Shown here: positions 1 through 10,916 of the stretch, one piece after another
Layout of the letters: each line of letters opens with the position of its first letter
Position numbering within the stretch: position 1 is the first letter of the stretch
Source of the DNA: an uncultured Pseudomonadota bacterium
GTDB taxonomy: Bacteria; Pseudomonadota; Gammaproteobacteria; DASZBR01
Length of the DNA: 64,000 bases
NCBI GenBank assembly: GCA_963712965.1
Contig: CAVQJZ010000001.1
Location: 8,966-72,965 of the forward strand
Direction: 5' to 3'
Notes under the pieces: generated by a model
Databases searched by the model: none
The model's input: the letters and a program-made list of their open reading frames with translations, nothing else
Told to the model about the DNA's origin: nothing
Program-made: the position numbers and the translations under genes

Positions 1-373
1 TTGAACAAAAATCGCAATTTAATACGCAACCGACTTGTGATGACACACACAATGTTCCGCGATCATCTTCAGGAATAAATACAGTTTCAATCGCATTACC
101 GTCAGCTAATTTTAATAACCATTTACATGTACCATCTTTAGATAATTGTTCGGTTAGAATTTCAGGCGTTTGAACAACCGCTTGCGCTTTTAATTTTTCG
201 CGCAAACTTTTACTCAAATTGGTCATTAATTCAAAATCATTTACCCCAAATTGATGCATCCATTGCAACACTTGTGTCGAACGAAAAGACGCTTCTCCCA
301 TTTCTTGGAAGAAGCTGGCAAGATCTTTTCGATTGAAGTTAAGTAAATTAACTGAAGAAGAAAGCGATTTCAT
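1..373 (-). CDS. rlmN: Radical-SAM rRNA/tRNA m2A methyltransferase RlmN, N-terminal part (gene runs off the left edge)
   Basis: Absent from the ORF track because it is truncated by the window. The minus-strand translation from ATG 373-371 reads [61 protein letters not shown]...[14 protein letters not shown], ending in the CxxxCxxC radical-SAM motif. It lies directly downstream of ndk, and its start overlaps the ndk 3' end. Confidence 0.85.
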   Translation of the reverse strand, partial: MKSLSSSVNLLNFNRKDLASFFQEMGEASFRSTQVLQWMHQFGVNDFELMTNLSKSLREKLKAQAVVQTPEILTEQLSKDGTCKWLLKLADGNAIETVFIPEDDRGTLCVSSQVGCVLNCDFCS

Positions 374-758
374 TGTTGGCATTTTCAAGAGAGTCTGAAC
401 CGTGCACAGCATTTTCATCAATGCTATCAGCATACAACGCACGGATAGTACCAGGTGCTGCATCTTTAGGATTGGTCGCGCCCATAATGTCACGATGTTT
501 CAATACGGCATTTTCACCTTCTAATACTTGAATCATCACCGAACCAGAAATCATGAATTTAACGAGATCATTAAAGAAAGGACGCGCGCGGTGAATATCA
601 TAAAACTTTTCAGCTTGGTCTTTAGTCAAGTGAGTCATCTTAGCCGCCACGATACGAAGACTAGCATCTTCAAAACAAGTATAGATTTTACCGATAATAT
701 TTTTTGCTACCGCATCAGGTTTGATAATCGATAACGTTCTTTCTAAAGCCATTGCCAC
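348..758 (-). CDS. ndk: Nucleoside diphosphate kinase
   Basis: 136-aa [18 protein letters not shown]...RNAVHGSDS-type active-site His region (ENAVHGSDS). Confidence 0.97.
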   Translation of the reverse strand: MAMALERTLSIIKPDAVAKNIIGKIYTCFEDASLRIVAAKMTHLTKDQAEKFYDIHRARPFFNDLVKFMISGSVMIQVLEGENAVLKHRDIMGATNPKDAAPGTIRALYADSIDENAVHGSDSLENANNEIAFFFS

Positions 759-796
759 ACCCCATTGTCTGTGTATAAAAATTTAAAGGGGGTGGA

Positions 797-1951
797 TTAT
801 ATGTAATTAAGGTGATGTTGTATATCTTGTGTATTACTGCTCTGCTGCTGTTGCACTCCTTCCGGCGCTTTCTTATGGCTAAACAACCAACAAAAACTAT
901 CCCAAATAGAGGATTTTCCTACCACTTGTAGCGGGGACTGTTGAAGAGGAACAGACTCAGTCAGGCGCAAACTCAAACCGTCCTCAGGATAAAGCTTACC
1001 AGGATATAAAGAATTGCCTGCGATCCTACCAGCATACTCATTCCATTTTCCTTGCTCCATTTCTTGCGCTTGTTGCTTTTGTAATACAAACGCCTGTTCT
1101 TTTTGTCGCAACATTTTTTCTCGCGTGTTCAATGCCGCTTCTCTTTTCTCAAGCTCATGCTCCTTTTTGGCTTGAGAATACAAAATTGGATGCGATGCAG
1201 CCAATTCATCTATTTCATTTGTTACACACGTATATCCCATGTCTCTTGCGGTCAAAAAACAAGAAATCGCTGTTTTTATTTTTGCCTCATTTTCCGGAGT
1301 TTCAGCATTTTCTCTGGTATCAAGATAAAAACGAGCAAGCATAACGTAGCCAACAGGCTCTCTTAGCTTAATCGCCGAGTGACACGCTGTAATAAAATTT
1401 TTTTTGTTTTCTTCAATCCATCCTTCACTGCAATTTTTATCCCACCAATATACTACCAACCTAGTCGTCGCTCGCGCATACAAAAAAGCATATAAAGGGT
1501 CATTAATTTTATCTTCACAATGTTCCATCACCGTATTTATATAGTGATATGCATTCTCCAACCCAAAAGGATGATCGTCGTAAAAAAGACAAATTTCCAC
1601 CGCAAACAACAAAGCATGCAAGCGAATTAAATTGTCACCGGAATTTTTATAACGAAGAATAATCTCTTTAAGCTCTGCCACAGAAACATCTAATGCTTCT
1701 CTGCTTACCAATCCAAAACTACCAATAAACGCATAAATCAAACACTGAAAATCATTGTAGATGCCGTTAGATTTAGATTTTGAGATTGAATCTAGTATTT
1801 GTTTGATATGCTGAAAAAAAAATTTATACTCGGGTTGAGCATTGCTCATGTACCGTAATAAAAGAAAATATCTAATAAGATAATTAACAGATACTAACGC
1901 TTCAGCATCTCCTGAATTTATATGCGACAAAATCTCGTCGAGCTTCCCCAT
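797..1951 (-). CDS. Orphan protein, 384 aa: helical N-terminal region, central coiled coil, Gln/Ser-rich tail. Candidate Dot/Icm substrate.
   Basis: Long ORF with a GAGGA RBS 7 nt before ATG 1951. The coiled-coil segment is KKEHELEKREAALNTREKMLRQKEQAFVLQKQQAQEMEQ. I recognise no catalytic motif. Confidence 0.6.
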   Translation of the reverse strand: MGKLDEILSHINSGDAEALVSVNYLIRYFLLLRYMSNAQPEYKFFFQHIKQILDSISKSKSNGIYNDFQCLIYAFIGSFGLVSREALDVSVAELKEIILRYKNSGDNLIRLHALLFAVEICLFYDDHPFGLENAYHYINTVMEHCEDKINDPLYAFLYARATTRLVVYWWDKNCSEGWIEENKKNFITACHSAIKLREPVGYVMLARFYLDTRENAETPENEAKIKTAISCFLTARDMGYTCVTNEIDELAASHPILYSQAKKEHELEKREAALNTREKMLRQKEQAFVLQKQQAQEMEQGKWNEYAGRIAGNSLYPGKLYPEDGLSLRLTESVPLQQSPLQVVGKSSIWDSFCWLFSHKKAPEGVQQQQSSNTQDIQHHLNYI

Positions 1952-1993
1952 TGCGCATCCTCACAATTCTCGAAGTTTTCTTCACCACTTCAC

Positions 1994-3007
1994 TCACATT
2001 TTTTTTCTTGTCTGACGACTCGTTACTGTAACTTTCACGCCATTAACGCTAGGATTAATATTTTCTTGATTTTCTTTTTTAATATTTTTCTGAACCTTCA
2101 ACACCGCACTAGAATCTTTCTTAAAATCTTCCTTCTTCTTGCCAATATTCATGTTTACGCCAACATTTTCTTTGTTTGCGCCATTCTTTTGTCCTACTGC
2201 AGCAACTGGATGCTTCCACTTTTCAACAGCGCTTTCCATCTTTTTAAGATAATGATCTTTCTCTGATTCTGGCATTGTCATGATGGGTTGCTTAAGTTTA
2301 CGAATTGCTTCCTGTTCACTTATATCGAGCGTGAGAGGAACAGGTGTCAACCCTCGGAGTAAAAGTTGTCTTTGTAATTCAAGATAGTTCGGCTTTCCCC
2401 AAAGCGTTCCAAGCGGATGCTCAAGCATATTTCCTGCATCTATTTTTACTGCCGCTCCTTCGCCATATTCTTCAAGCAGCTTTTCTGCGAAAAAAGCCAT
2501 GTCTTTTTTACTCGCCTTTATAAACTCAATCCCATAAATTGGCGATTTATCCTTCGCGGTACCTTGCGAGGACAACATCGAACCATGGGGCAATTTCGTA
2601 AGTCCCGTGTAATCACTTTTTGACTCTGGAACACCGTTTTTTCGAACACTTTGAAGCTTAGCTTTACGAGCTATCTCTTGAGTTCTTTTTAATTCCAAAT
2701 CCGCAGCCTCATTTACAATTTCGGTAGTTGTAAACTTATAGGCATCTTCTAATTCTCCTAGCAACTTTTGCTTCGCTTCTTCCGTCAATTGCTGCTCTTG
2801 AATTTCCTTTACCATCAATGCATAAACTATCGGCAAAACATCCAAAACCTCTTTGGGTTTCTTGCCATGTCCCAATCTGTTTTCAAATTCTTCTTTCCAA
2901 TCAGAGAATGAATCATTGCCAATAAGAAGATTTAATGTGCCAAATTCTTGGGAAACTCGCACACCCGCTGCATCGAGAAAATCATTCGCAATTTGAAGAG
3001 CTGTCAT
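1994..3007 (-). CDS. Orphan protein, 337 aa, Lys-rich C-terminal third. Candidate Dot/Icm substrate.
   Basis: Long ORF with a GAGG-TTTTT-ATG ribosome-binding arrangement, lying 42 nt upstream of the 384-aa orphan on the same strand. No recognisable domain. Confidence 0.6.
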   Translation of the reverse strand: MTALQIANDFLDAAGVRVSQEFGTLNLLIGNDSFSDWKEEFENRLGHGKKPKEVLDVLPIVYALMVKEIQEQQLTEEAKQKLLGELEDAYKFTTTEIVNEAADLELKRTQEIARKAKLQSVRKNGVPESKSDYTGLTKLPHGSMLSSQGTAKDKSPIYGIEFIKASKKDMAFFAEKLLEEYGEGAAVKIDAGNMLEHPLGTLWGKPNYLELQRQLLLRGLTPVPLTLDISEQEAIRKLKQPIMTMPESEKDHYLKKMESAVEKWKHPVAAVGQKNGANKENVGVNMNIGKKKEDFKKDSSAVLKVQKNIKKENQENINPSVNGVKVTVTSRQTRKKM

Positions 3008-3081
3008 AAAAACCTCACAACATTAAGAAAACTATAGAATGAATTTTGAAAAAATAAAGCCTTAAGCTTACATTTCAGCGA

Positions 3082-4379
<1,298 letters not shown>

Positions 4380-4392
4380 GACTTAAAAACCT

Positions 4393-4701
4393 CTATTGAA
4401 TTGCTGTAATTTTCACTTGCGTAAAATGCTGACGATGTCCCATCTGACGACGATAATGTTTACGACGACGGAACTTGATCACACGGATTTTTTCCGCACG
4501 ACCATTGGATAATACTTCCGCTTTGACTTTGGCACCTTTAACTAACGGTGTACCAAACTTTAAACCGGTGGTATCAGACAACATCAAAACCTGATCAAAT
4601 TCGATGACATCGCCTGGATTGACTGGCATCTTTTCTAAATTAAGGGTTTGGCCTTCACTAACTCTATATTGTTTGCCACCGCTTTTGATAACTGCGTACA
4701 T
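4393..4701 (-). CDS. rplU: 50S ribosomal protein L21
   Basis: [17 protein letters not shown]... starts at the internal ATG 4701 of track ORF 4393..4767, with GGAG upstream. The 22-codon upstream extension looks spurious. Confidence 0.93.
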   Translation of the reverse strand: MYAVIKSGGKQYRVSEGQTLNLEKMPVNPGDVIEFDQVLMLSDTTGLKFGTPLVKGAKVKAEVLSNGRAEKIRVIKFRRRKHYRRQMGHRQHFTQVKITAIQ

Positions 4702-4775
4702 GGGGAAACTCCACTCGAATGCTGCAAAAAAGAGGCGCATTCTACGCAAAGCATGCCTAGGTCGCAATAGGAGAT

Positions 4776-4958
4776 TTAGTTATTGCTATATCGAAACCCA
4801 AAGGAGGAATAGTGCAAGCCACTATCTTCATGATGGTCCGAACTGCTTTCTAGTGATGCCAGATTAAACTCACTATTTGTATATTTATAAAAATCACCTG
4901 CTTTATTCACAGCACCCACTACTCTAACATTACCTTCATATCCTGGTTTAATTTGCAT
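4776..4958 (-). CDS. Small hypothetical protein (60 aa), translationally coupled to the upstream small ORF
   Basis: Its ATG overlaps the upstream stop in TGATG (4960-4956). No similarity recognised, and coding status is uncertain. Confidence 0.35.
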   Translation of the reverse strand: MQIKPGYEGNVRVVGAVNKAGDFYKYTNSEFNLASLESSSDHHEDSGLHYSSFGFRYSNN

Positions 4959-5209
4959 CACTCTACAACCTCCGCGGGAACTTCAACCACAAAATAACAA
5001 TCATCTGGATGCTTAAGACGCTTACGGGCTTCGGCTTCCGTGGCATAGCATTCGCCAGCCAAACCGTAATTGTATTCACCAGCAGAAAATTCTTTCTTGA
5101 GCGTATCAACCAAATGCTTGGCGCCAGCTGAAGTCTTGGGAAGTTGAGAAAAGTTGTTCACATAAACAAACCTTTTCCCAAAGGTGGGAGTTAACTTTCT
5201 TTCACTCAT
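4958..5209 (-). CDS. Small hypothetical protein (83 aa)
   Basis: The internal ATG 5209 is preceded by AAGGAG at good spacing (MSERKLTPTFGKRFVYVNNF...). The longer track ORF (to 5356) has no RBS. Confidence 0.5.
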   Translation of the reverse strand: MSERKLTPTFGKRFVYVNNFSQLPKTSAGAKHLVDTLKKEFSAGEYNYGLAGECYATEAEARKRLKHPDDCYFVVEVPAEVVE

Positions 5210-5336
5210 GCGGTACTGCTCCTTGATCCAAATTACTCTACTGCATCCATTGGTTAGCACGGTAACAAAAAGGGGAAAAATTTCGCAAGAGGCTAATGAC
5301 TGAAAAGTGCTTAAGCGATTGACCATGCAATGGATG

Positions 5337-5365
5337 TTGGCGTTTTCTAAGCCCATCGTTATAAT
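5337..5365 (+). promoter_or_regulatory. Sigma70-like promoter for the OmpA-family lipoprotein gene (TTGGCG-17 bp-TATAAT)
   Basis: -35 TTGGCG at 5337-5342, a 17-bp spacer, and -10 TATAAT at 5360-5365, about 45 nt upstream of ATG 5410. Confidence 0.4.
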
Positions 5366-5409
5366 CCCCGCACTTTTTCATCATGCTTACTAAACAAAAG
5401 GAAAGATTC

Positions 5410-5928
5410 ATGCGTCGATTACTATTGTGGGTTGCAATACTAGTAGCAGCACTCGAATTATCTGCTTGCTCTTTCCTCCACAAACCAAATGATGAAGCAA
5501 AAAATCTTCCCTGCGCTCCGATACAAGAAAACTTTTTCACTCCTGATATGACCAAACTCGGCATTCGCGTTATTCAAATTGGTCATCAAGTACGCATCAT
5601 CGTTCCTGCCGATTCTGTTTTTCTCGTCAATGAACCTGAAATTCATGTTGATGCCAATCCAGGTCTTGATGAATTAGCCACTTATTTAAAACAATTCGGC
5701 AAAACTACTATGACAATTACTGGCTATACCGATAACCTTTCAAGCAAATGGTTAGCCGAACAACAAGCGCGCGCATTAGCCGCTTATTTATGGACACGCG
5801 GTTTGCAACATGATCACTTTACTATTGTAGGAATCGGCAATCGCGAATCCGCTACGGTTGCGAGCAATCGAACCGTTAATGGCAGCTTATTAAACAGACG
5901 CGTCGAAATTACTTTTTTGGCAAAATAA
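5410..5928 (+). CDS. OmpA-family (peptidoglycan-associated) lipoprotein
   Basis: Signal peptide plus lipobox MRRLLLWVAILVAALELSAC. C-terminal OmpA-like domain ITGYTDN...ARALAAYL...NRRVEITF. The second ATG was chosen because it carries the AGGA RBS. Confidence 0.85.
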   Translation: MRRLLLWVAILVAALELSACSFLHKPNDEAKNLPCAPIQENFFTPDMTKLGIRVIQIGHQVRIIVPADSVFLVNEPEIHVDANPGLDELATYLKQFGKTTMTITGYTDNLSSKWLAEQQARALAAYLWTRGLQHDHFTIVGIGNRESATVASNRTVNGSLLNRRVEITFLAK

Positions 5929-5931
5929 TCC

Positions 5932-8900
5932 ATGTTACTCAGAACAGACATCAATAATGCTTATATAGAAGACGAAACCACCGTCGTTAATCGTTTAATT
6001 GAAGCCGCCACATTATCACCCACCGCTTTAACACAAATTGCTAAACGCGCACGTGATTTAGTCGCGAACGTTCGCAATACTCGTTTAAGTCAAAGTGGTT
6101 TAGATGCATTTTTATATCAATATGATTTATCCAGCCACGAAGGTATTGCATTAATGTGTTTAGCAGAAGCATTGCTACGCATTCCTGACAAACACACCGT
6201 TGATAAATTAATTCGCGACAAAATCACGCGCGCGGATTGGAAAGATCATTTAGGCCAAAGCCATTCTTTTTTTGTGAATGCGGCGACATGGGGATTAATG
6301 CTCACGGGCAAAATTATTTCACCCGAAGAAGTCAGCGAAAATCACTTAAATAAAATTTTGAAAAAATTAGTCGCGCGCGGTGGCGAACCATTTATTCGCA
6401 CGACGATGGCACAAGCCATGAAAATCTTAGGCAAACAATTTGTCATGGGCCGCAATATTCACGAAGCATTAAAACGTGCTGAAAAATTAGAAGCGCAAGG
6501 TTATCGTTTTTCTTACGATATGTTAGGTGAAGCCGCACGCACGATGGCCGATGCTGAAAAATATTTTGTTTCCTATCAAAAAGCGATTGATGCTGTTGGT
6601 CGCGCCACACAAGAACAAAATGTTTTTACCGGCTCTGGCATTTCAGTAAAACTTTCTGCACTTCACCCACGTTATGAATTTGCGCAATATGATACGGTTG
6701 TACCTTTTTTAACTGATCGCTTATTACAATTAGCCATTCAAGCCAAAAAACAAAATATTGGTTTAACCGTTGATGCCGAAGAAGCTGAACGTCTAGATTT
6801 ATCACTCGATATTATCGCCAATGTATTTCGCCACCCACAATTAAAAAATTATGAAGGATTTGGTTTGGCCGTACAGTCTTATCAAAAACGCGGATTTTAT
6901 TTAATTGATTGGCTCGCCAATTTAGCGCGCACCGAAAAACGTCGTTTATGTATTCGTTTAATTAAAGGCGCGTATTGGGATGCGGAAATTAAAAACGCGC
7001 AAGTCAAAGGTTGGTCAGGCTATCCGGTATTTACACGCAAAATGGCAACCGATGTTTCATTTATTGCGTGCGCTAAAAAAATTCTTTCCTATGGTAGTGA
7101 AATTTTTTATCCACAATTTGCCACGCATAACGCCTACAGTTTAGCCGCCGTATTAGAAATGGCCGGCAATCGCAAAGATTTTGAATTCCAATGTTTACAC
7201 GGCATGGGTTACACCCTTTACGATCAAATCGTAGGACCTAAAAATTTAGATATTCCTTGCAGAGTTTATGCACCTGTTGGTGGTCATGAAGATTTATTAG
7301 CTTATTTAGTCAGACGTTTATTAGAAAATGGCGCCAATACCTCTTTTGTTAATCGCATTATTGACGAAAAAATTCCCGTGGAAGAAATTATTGCTGATCC
7401 TGTTGAAAAATTACGTCATGTGGCACACAAACCCCATTCACAAATTCCTTTACCGAGAGAGATTTATGGTATGACTCGCAAAAATTCGTTTGGTATTAAT
7501 TTAACGCATCATGAAGAATTGGAAAAATTAGCCACCGCCATGCAAGCCGTTGCCGACAAACAATATGAAGCACACGCCACTTGTTCGATTGAAAGCAAAG
7601 GTAGCGTAAAAAATATTACTGAACCACAAGATCATCGGCGTGTCGTTGGCAGATTAATTGAAGCGACGGAAGATGATATTCGCATGACGTTAGATAATGC
7701 GCAGCGAGCCGCAAAATCATGGGATTTAACATCGGTTGAAACACGCGCACAATGTTTAGAACGCGCGGCTGATATTTTAGAAAAACGCATGCCGGAAATC
7801 ATGAGCTTAGTCATTCGCGAAGCGGGCAAAACAATTCCCGACAGCATTGCCGAAGTACGTGAAGCCATTGATTTTTGTCGTTATTACGCCGAGCAAGCAA
7901 GAAAAGTATTAGCGCATCCTGAAACAATGCCTGGGCCCACTGGCGAAAGCAATCAATTATTTTTGCGCGCACGCGGACCAATGATTTGTATTAGTCCGTG
8001 GAATTTCCCACTCGCTATTTTTATGGGACAAGTCACCGCGGCATTAGTCGCTGGAAATCCAGTGATTGCAAAACCGGCGATGCAAACTACTTTAATTGGC
8101 ATGGAAACAGTGAAAATTTTACATGAAGCTGGCATTCCAAAAGATGTCGTGCAATTGTTGCCTGCTAGCGGAAAATTAGTCGGCAATATGATTGTGGCCG
8201 ATGAAAGAATAAAAGGTGTGATTTTCACAGGCTCTACAGAAACCGCACAAAACATTAATCAAATTCTTGCCAAACGCAAAGGTGCCATTGTTCCTCTCAT
8301 TGCAGAAACTGGCGGACAAAATGCCATGATCGTGGATTCTTCTGCACTCCCTGAACAAGTAGTACAAGATGTTTTAACATCTGCCTTTGGCAGCACAGGT
8401 CAACGTTGTTCGGCATTGCGCGTATTATTTTTACAAGATGACATCGCCGATAAAATTATTACCATGTTAAAAGGCGCGATGAAAGAATTAATCATTGGCA
8501 ATCCACGTTTACTCGTCACTGATATTGGCCCTGTGATTGATTCAGCTTCTAAAAAAACATTGGAAGAACATTCAGCACGCATGCGCAAAGAAGCCATATT
8601 TATTGATGAAATCCAATTAAACGATGAAACAACAAATGGTACATTTTTCTCACCGATTGCTTTTGAATTATCTAGCCTCAACCAATTAACACGCGAAGTG
8701 TTTGGCCCGGTATTACATATCATTCGTTTTAATGCGAAAAACTTAGACGCTATTATTGATGATATTAATCATACGGGTTATGGATTAACCATGGGCATTC
8801 ACAGTCGTATTGATGAAACCATTCACCACATTGCCAAACGCATTCACGCCGGAAATATTTATGTGAATCGCAGCATGATTGGCGCTGTTGTTGGCACACA

Positions 8901-9051
8901 ACCCTTTGGTGGCGAAAATTTATCCGGCACTGGCCCCAAAGCAGGTGGCCCACATTATTTATTACGTTTGTGCACCGAACGCACGCTTACTATTAACACA
9001 ACAGCAGCGGGTGGCAATGCGAGCCTGATGTCGTTGAAGGATAATGCATAG
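5932..9051 (+). CDS. putA: Bifunctional proline dehydrogenase / L-glutamate gamma-semialdehyde (P5C) dehydrogenase PutA
   Basis: 1039 aa with an N-terminal PRODH barrel region and a C-terminal aldehyde dehydrogenase (FTGSTETA, ETGGQNAMIVD, catalytic Cys in GQRCSA). Confidence 0.95.
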   Translation: MLLRTDINNAYIEDETTVVNRLIEAATLSPTALTQIAKRARDLVANVRNTRLSQSGLDAFLYQYDLSSHEGIALMCLAEALLRIPDKHTVDKLIRDKITRADWKDHLGQSHSFFVNAATWGLMLTGKIISPEEVSENHLNKILKKLVARGGEPFIRTTMAQAMKILGKQFVMGRNIHEALKRAEKLEAQGYRFSYDMLGEAARTMADAEKYFVSYQKAIDAVGRATQEQNVFTGSGISVKLSALHPRYEFAQYDTVVPFLTDRLLQLAIQAKKQNIGLTVDAEEAERLDLSLDIIANVFRHPQLKNYEGFGLAVQSYQKRGFYLIDWLANLARTEKRRLCIRLIKGAYWDAEIKNAQVKGWSGYPVFTRKMATDVSFIACAKKILSYGSEIFYPQFATHNAYSLAAVLEMAGNRKDFEFQCLHGMGYTLYDQIVGPKNLDIPCRVYAPVGGHEDLLAYLVRRLLENGANTSFVNRIIDEKIPVEEIIADPVEKLRHVAHKPHSQIPLPREIYGMTRKNSFGINLTHHEELEKLATAMQAVADKQYEAHATCSIESKGSVKNITEPQDHRRVVGRLIEATEDDIRMTLDNAQRAAKSWDLTSVETRAQCLERAADILEKRMPEIMSLVIREAGKTIPDSIAEVREAIDFCRYYAEQARKVLAHPETMPGPTGESNQLFLRARGPMICISPWNFPLAIFMGQVTAALVAGNPVIAKPAMQTTLIGMETVKILHEAGIPKDVVQLLPASGKLVGNMIVADERIKGVIFTGSTETAQNINQILAKRKGAIVPLIAETGGQNAMIVDSSALPEQVVQDVLTSAFGSTGQRCSALRVLFLQDDIADKIITMLKGAMKELIIGNPRLLVTDIGPVIDSASKKTLEEHSARMRKEAIFIDEIQLNDETTNGTFFSPIAFELSSLNQLTREVFGPVLHIIRFNAKNLDAIIDDINHTGYGLTMGIHSRIDETIHHIAKRIHAGNIYVNRSMIGAVVGTQPFGGENLSGTGPKAGGPHYLLRLCTERTLTINTTAAGGNASLMSLKDNA

Positions 9052-9056
9052 CATTA

Positions 9057-9527
9057 ATGAAACTCCATCTCATCACCATCGGCAAAAAAATGCCTTCGTG
9101 GATCAACGAAGGTTTCCATGAATATGCCAAACGTTTATCTCACGATTGCACATTAAATTTAATCGAACTTGATATGCCCAAGCGCACAAAAAATTCTAGT
9201 ATTGATAAATTAATTGCCGAAGAAGGCAAACAAATGTTAGCCGCCATTCCGCACAATACTTACGTCATTGCCCTAGATGAACATGGGAAATGCTGGAATA
9301 CGCAAGAACTCGCACAACAATTAACTCACTGGAAAATGCTAGGCAAAGATATTGCGTTATTAATTGGTGGGCCAGATGGTTTAGCAAAAGATTGTTTCGC
9401 TCGTGCCGATCAACAATGGTCATTGTCACCACTTACCCTGCCCCATCCTTTAGTTCGCGTAATTCTTGCCGAACAACTTTATCGCGCGGCAAGTATTTTA
9501 GTGGGGCATCCGTATCATCGGAGTTAA
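9057..9527 (+). CDS. rlmH: 23S rRNA (pseudouridine1915-N3)-methyltransferase RlmH
   Basis: 156-aa SPOUT protein, MKLHLITIGKKMP...LLIGGPDGL...LTLPHPLVRVILAEQLYRA. Confidence 0.93.
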   Translation: MKLHLITIGKKMPSWINEGFHEYAKRLSHDCTLNLIELDMPKRTKNSSIDKLIAEEGKQMLAAIPHNTYVIALDEHGKCWNTQELAQQLTHWKMLGKDIALLIGGPDGLAKDCFARADQQWSLSPLTLPHPLVRVILAEQLYRAASILVGHPYHRS

Positions 9528-9555
9528 ATCCCCAACCACTTACGCGCTGGGGAAT

Positions 9556-10905
9556 TTATGTTTTCTTCTTTTTGTTCTTATGATTTCCGGTTAAAAATGG
9601 GTTATCCCCTTCTCTTAATTCAATACGAATGGGAGTACCAATTAATTTAAATGCCTTACGATACGTCGAACTCAAATAACGACGATACGAATCTGGCAAA
9701 TCTTTGGTTTGATTACCATGAATAACAATGACGGGCGGATTATGGCCACCGGCGTGTGCGTAACGTAATTTAATACGTCGACCATGCGCCATCGGTGGTT
9801 GATGTTGAATAATGGCTTTTTCTAAAATTTTATTCACGCGTGGTGTTGGCAATTCTTTATTGGCGGATTCATACGCACGATCAATCGCTTCATACAAATG
9901 CCCAACACCAGTTCCATGCAATGCTGAAATGAAATGAATCTCAGCGAAATCAACGAATACTAAGCGACGATCTAGCCCACGTTTTACATCGTCTTTTTCA
10001 CTGGTCGTTAATCCATCCCATTTATTCACTGCGATGACCAGTGATTTTCCTGCCTCTAAAATAAAACCTAATAAATGCAAATCTTGCTCAGTAACATTAG
10101 CGCGCGCATCAATCACCAAAATCACGACATGCGCTTCAGCAATCGCTTGCAAGGTTTTCACTACCGAAATTTTTTCTAAATGTTCTGTTACGCGCCCGCG
10201 TTTTCTAACACCGGCGGTATCAATTAATGTATATTTTTTATCAAACCGCTCAAAGGGAATAAAAATACTGTCGCGTGTTGTGCCCGGCGCATCAAAGACA
10301 ATCACACGATCTTCACCTAGCATGCGATTTACTAACGTTGATTTGCCTACATTGGGCCGACCGGCAAAAGCAATTTTAATACCGGCATTTTCATCAGAAA
10401 TGGTTTCCACGCTTTCAGGAAACGCTTCTAATGCTTGATGCATTAAATTCTCAATACCTTGACGATGCACTGCAGAAATCCCAATGGGATTACCTAAACC
10501 AAAAGCATGAAAATCCGCCAATGCTGTTGTGGCATCTGCGCCATCAATTTTATTGGCCACTAAAAATATTTTTTTGCCTAATTTGCGCAATTGTTTTGCA
10601 ATGACTTGATCGGCAGGCGCTACACCATGATGAACATCCACTACAAATAACACGACATCGGCTTCACGAATCGCAAGCTCGGCTTGCTGCGCGGTTAAAT
10701 CATCAATACCCGCTTGTGCTTCACCAATACCACCGGTATCAATAATCACATACGGTTTATTACCAATCTTTCCTTGGCCATATTGCCGGTCACGCGTAAC
10801 GCCGGCGGTATCTGCTACCACGGCGTCACGCGTTTGCGTTAAAGAATTAAATAATGTTGATTTTCCTACATTCGGACGACCAACAATGGCAATAACTGGC
10901 AACAT
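9556..10905 (-). CDS. der: Ribosome-associated GTPase Der (EngA)
   Basis: Two tandem GTPase domains, each with GRPNVGKST, plus a KH-like C-terminus. Confidence 0.96.
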   Translation of the reverse strand: MLPVIAIVGRPNVGKSTLFNSLTQTRDAVVADTAGVTRDRQYGQGKIGNKPYVIIDTGGIGEAQAGIDDLTAQQAELAIREADVVLFVVDVHHGVAPADQVIAKQLRKLGKKIFLVANKIDGADATTALADFHAFGLGNPIGISAVHRQGIENLMHQALEAFPESVETISDENAGIKIAFAGRPNVGKSTLVNRMLGEDRVIVFDAPGTTRDSIFIPFERFDKKYTLIDTAGVRKRGRVTEHLEKISVVKTLQAIAEAHVVILVIDARANVTEQDLHLLGFILEAGKSLVIAVNKWDGLTTSEKDDVKRGLDRRLVFVDFAEIHFISALHGTGVGHLYEAIDRAYESANKELPTPRVNKILEKAIIQHQPPMAHGRRIKLRYAHAGGHNPPVIVIHGNQTKDLPDSYRRYLSSTYRKAFKLIGTPIRIELREGDNPFLTGNHKNKKKKT

Positions 10906-10916
10906 AAAAAATCAAC

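Noticed and set aside
3008-3081. CTTAAGGCT half-site upstream of the 337-aa orphan gene.
   Set aside because: There is only one good repeat. It lies 21 bp, not 7-8 bp, from the only plausible -10 (TATAGT), so it does not fit the architecture of the four good sites.
4776-5209. Calling the small coupled ORF pair a toxin-antitoxin module.
   Set aside because: Only the size and the coupling fit. No family motif is recognisable, and the second ORF has weak coding character. It is reported only as a low-interest observation.
7632-8953. Antisense or alternative-frame ORFs inside putA (7632-7868, 7953-8255, 8176-8367, 8400-8723, 8765-8953). Similar shadow ORFs occur inside der, bamA, lpxD, fabZ-lpxA, the hem genes, ANK and other genes.
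   Set aside because: They lie entirely within strongly supported genes on the opposite strand or in another frame, and they have low-complexity composition with no RBS.
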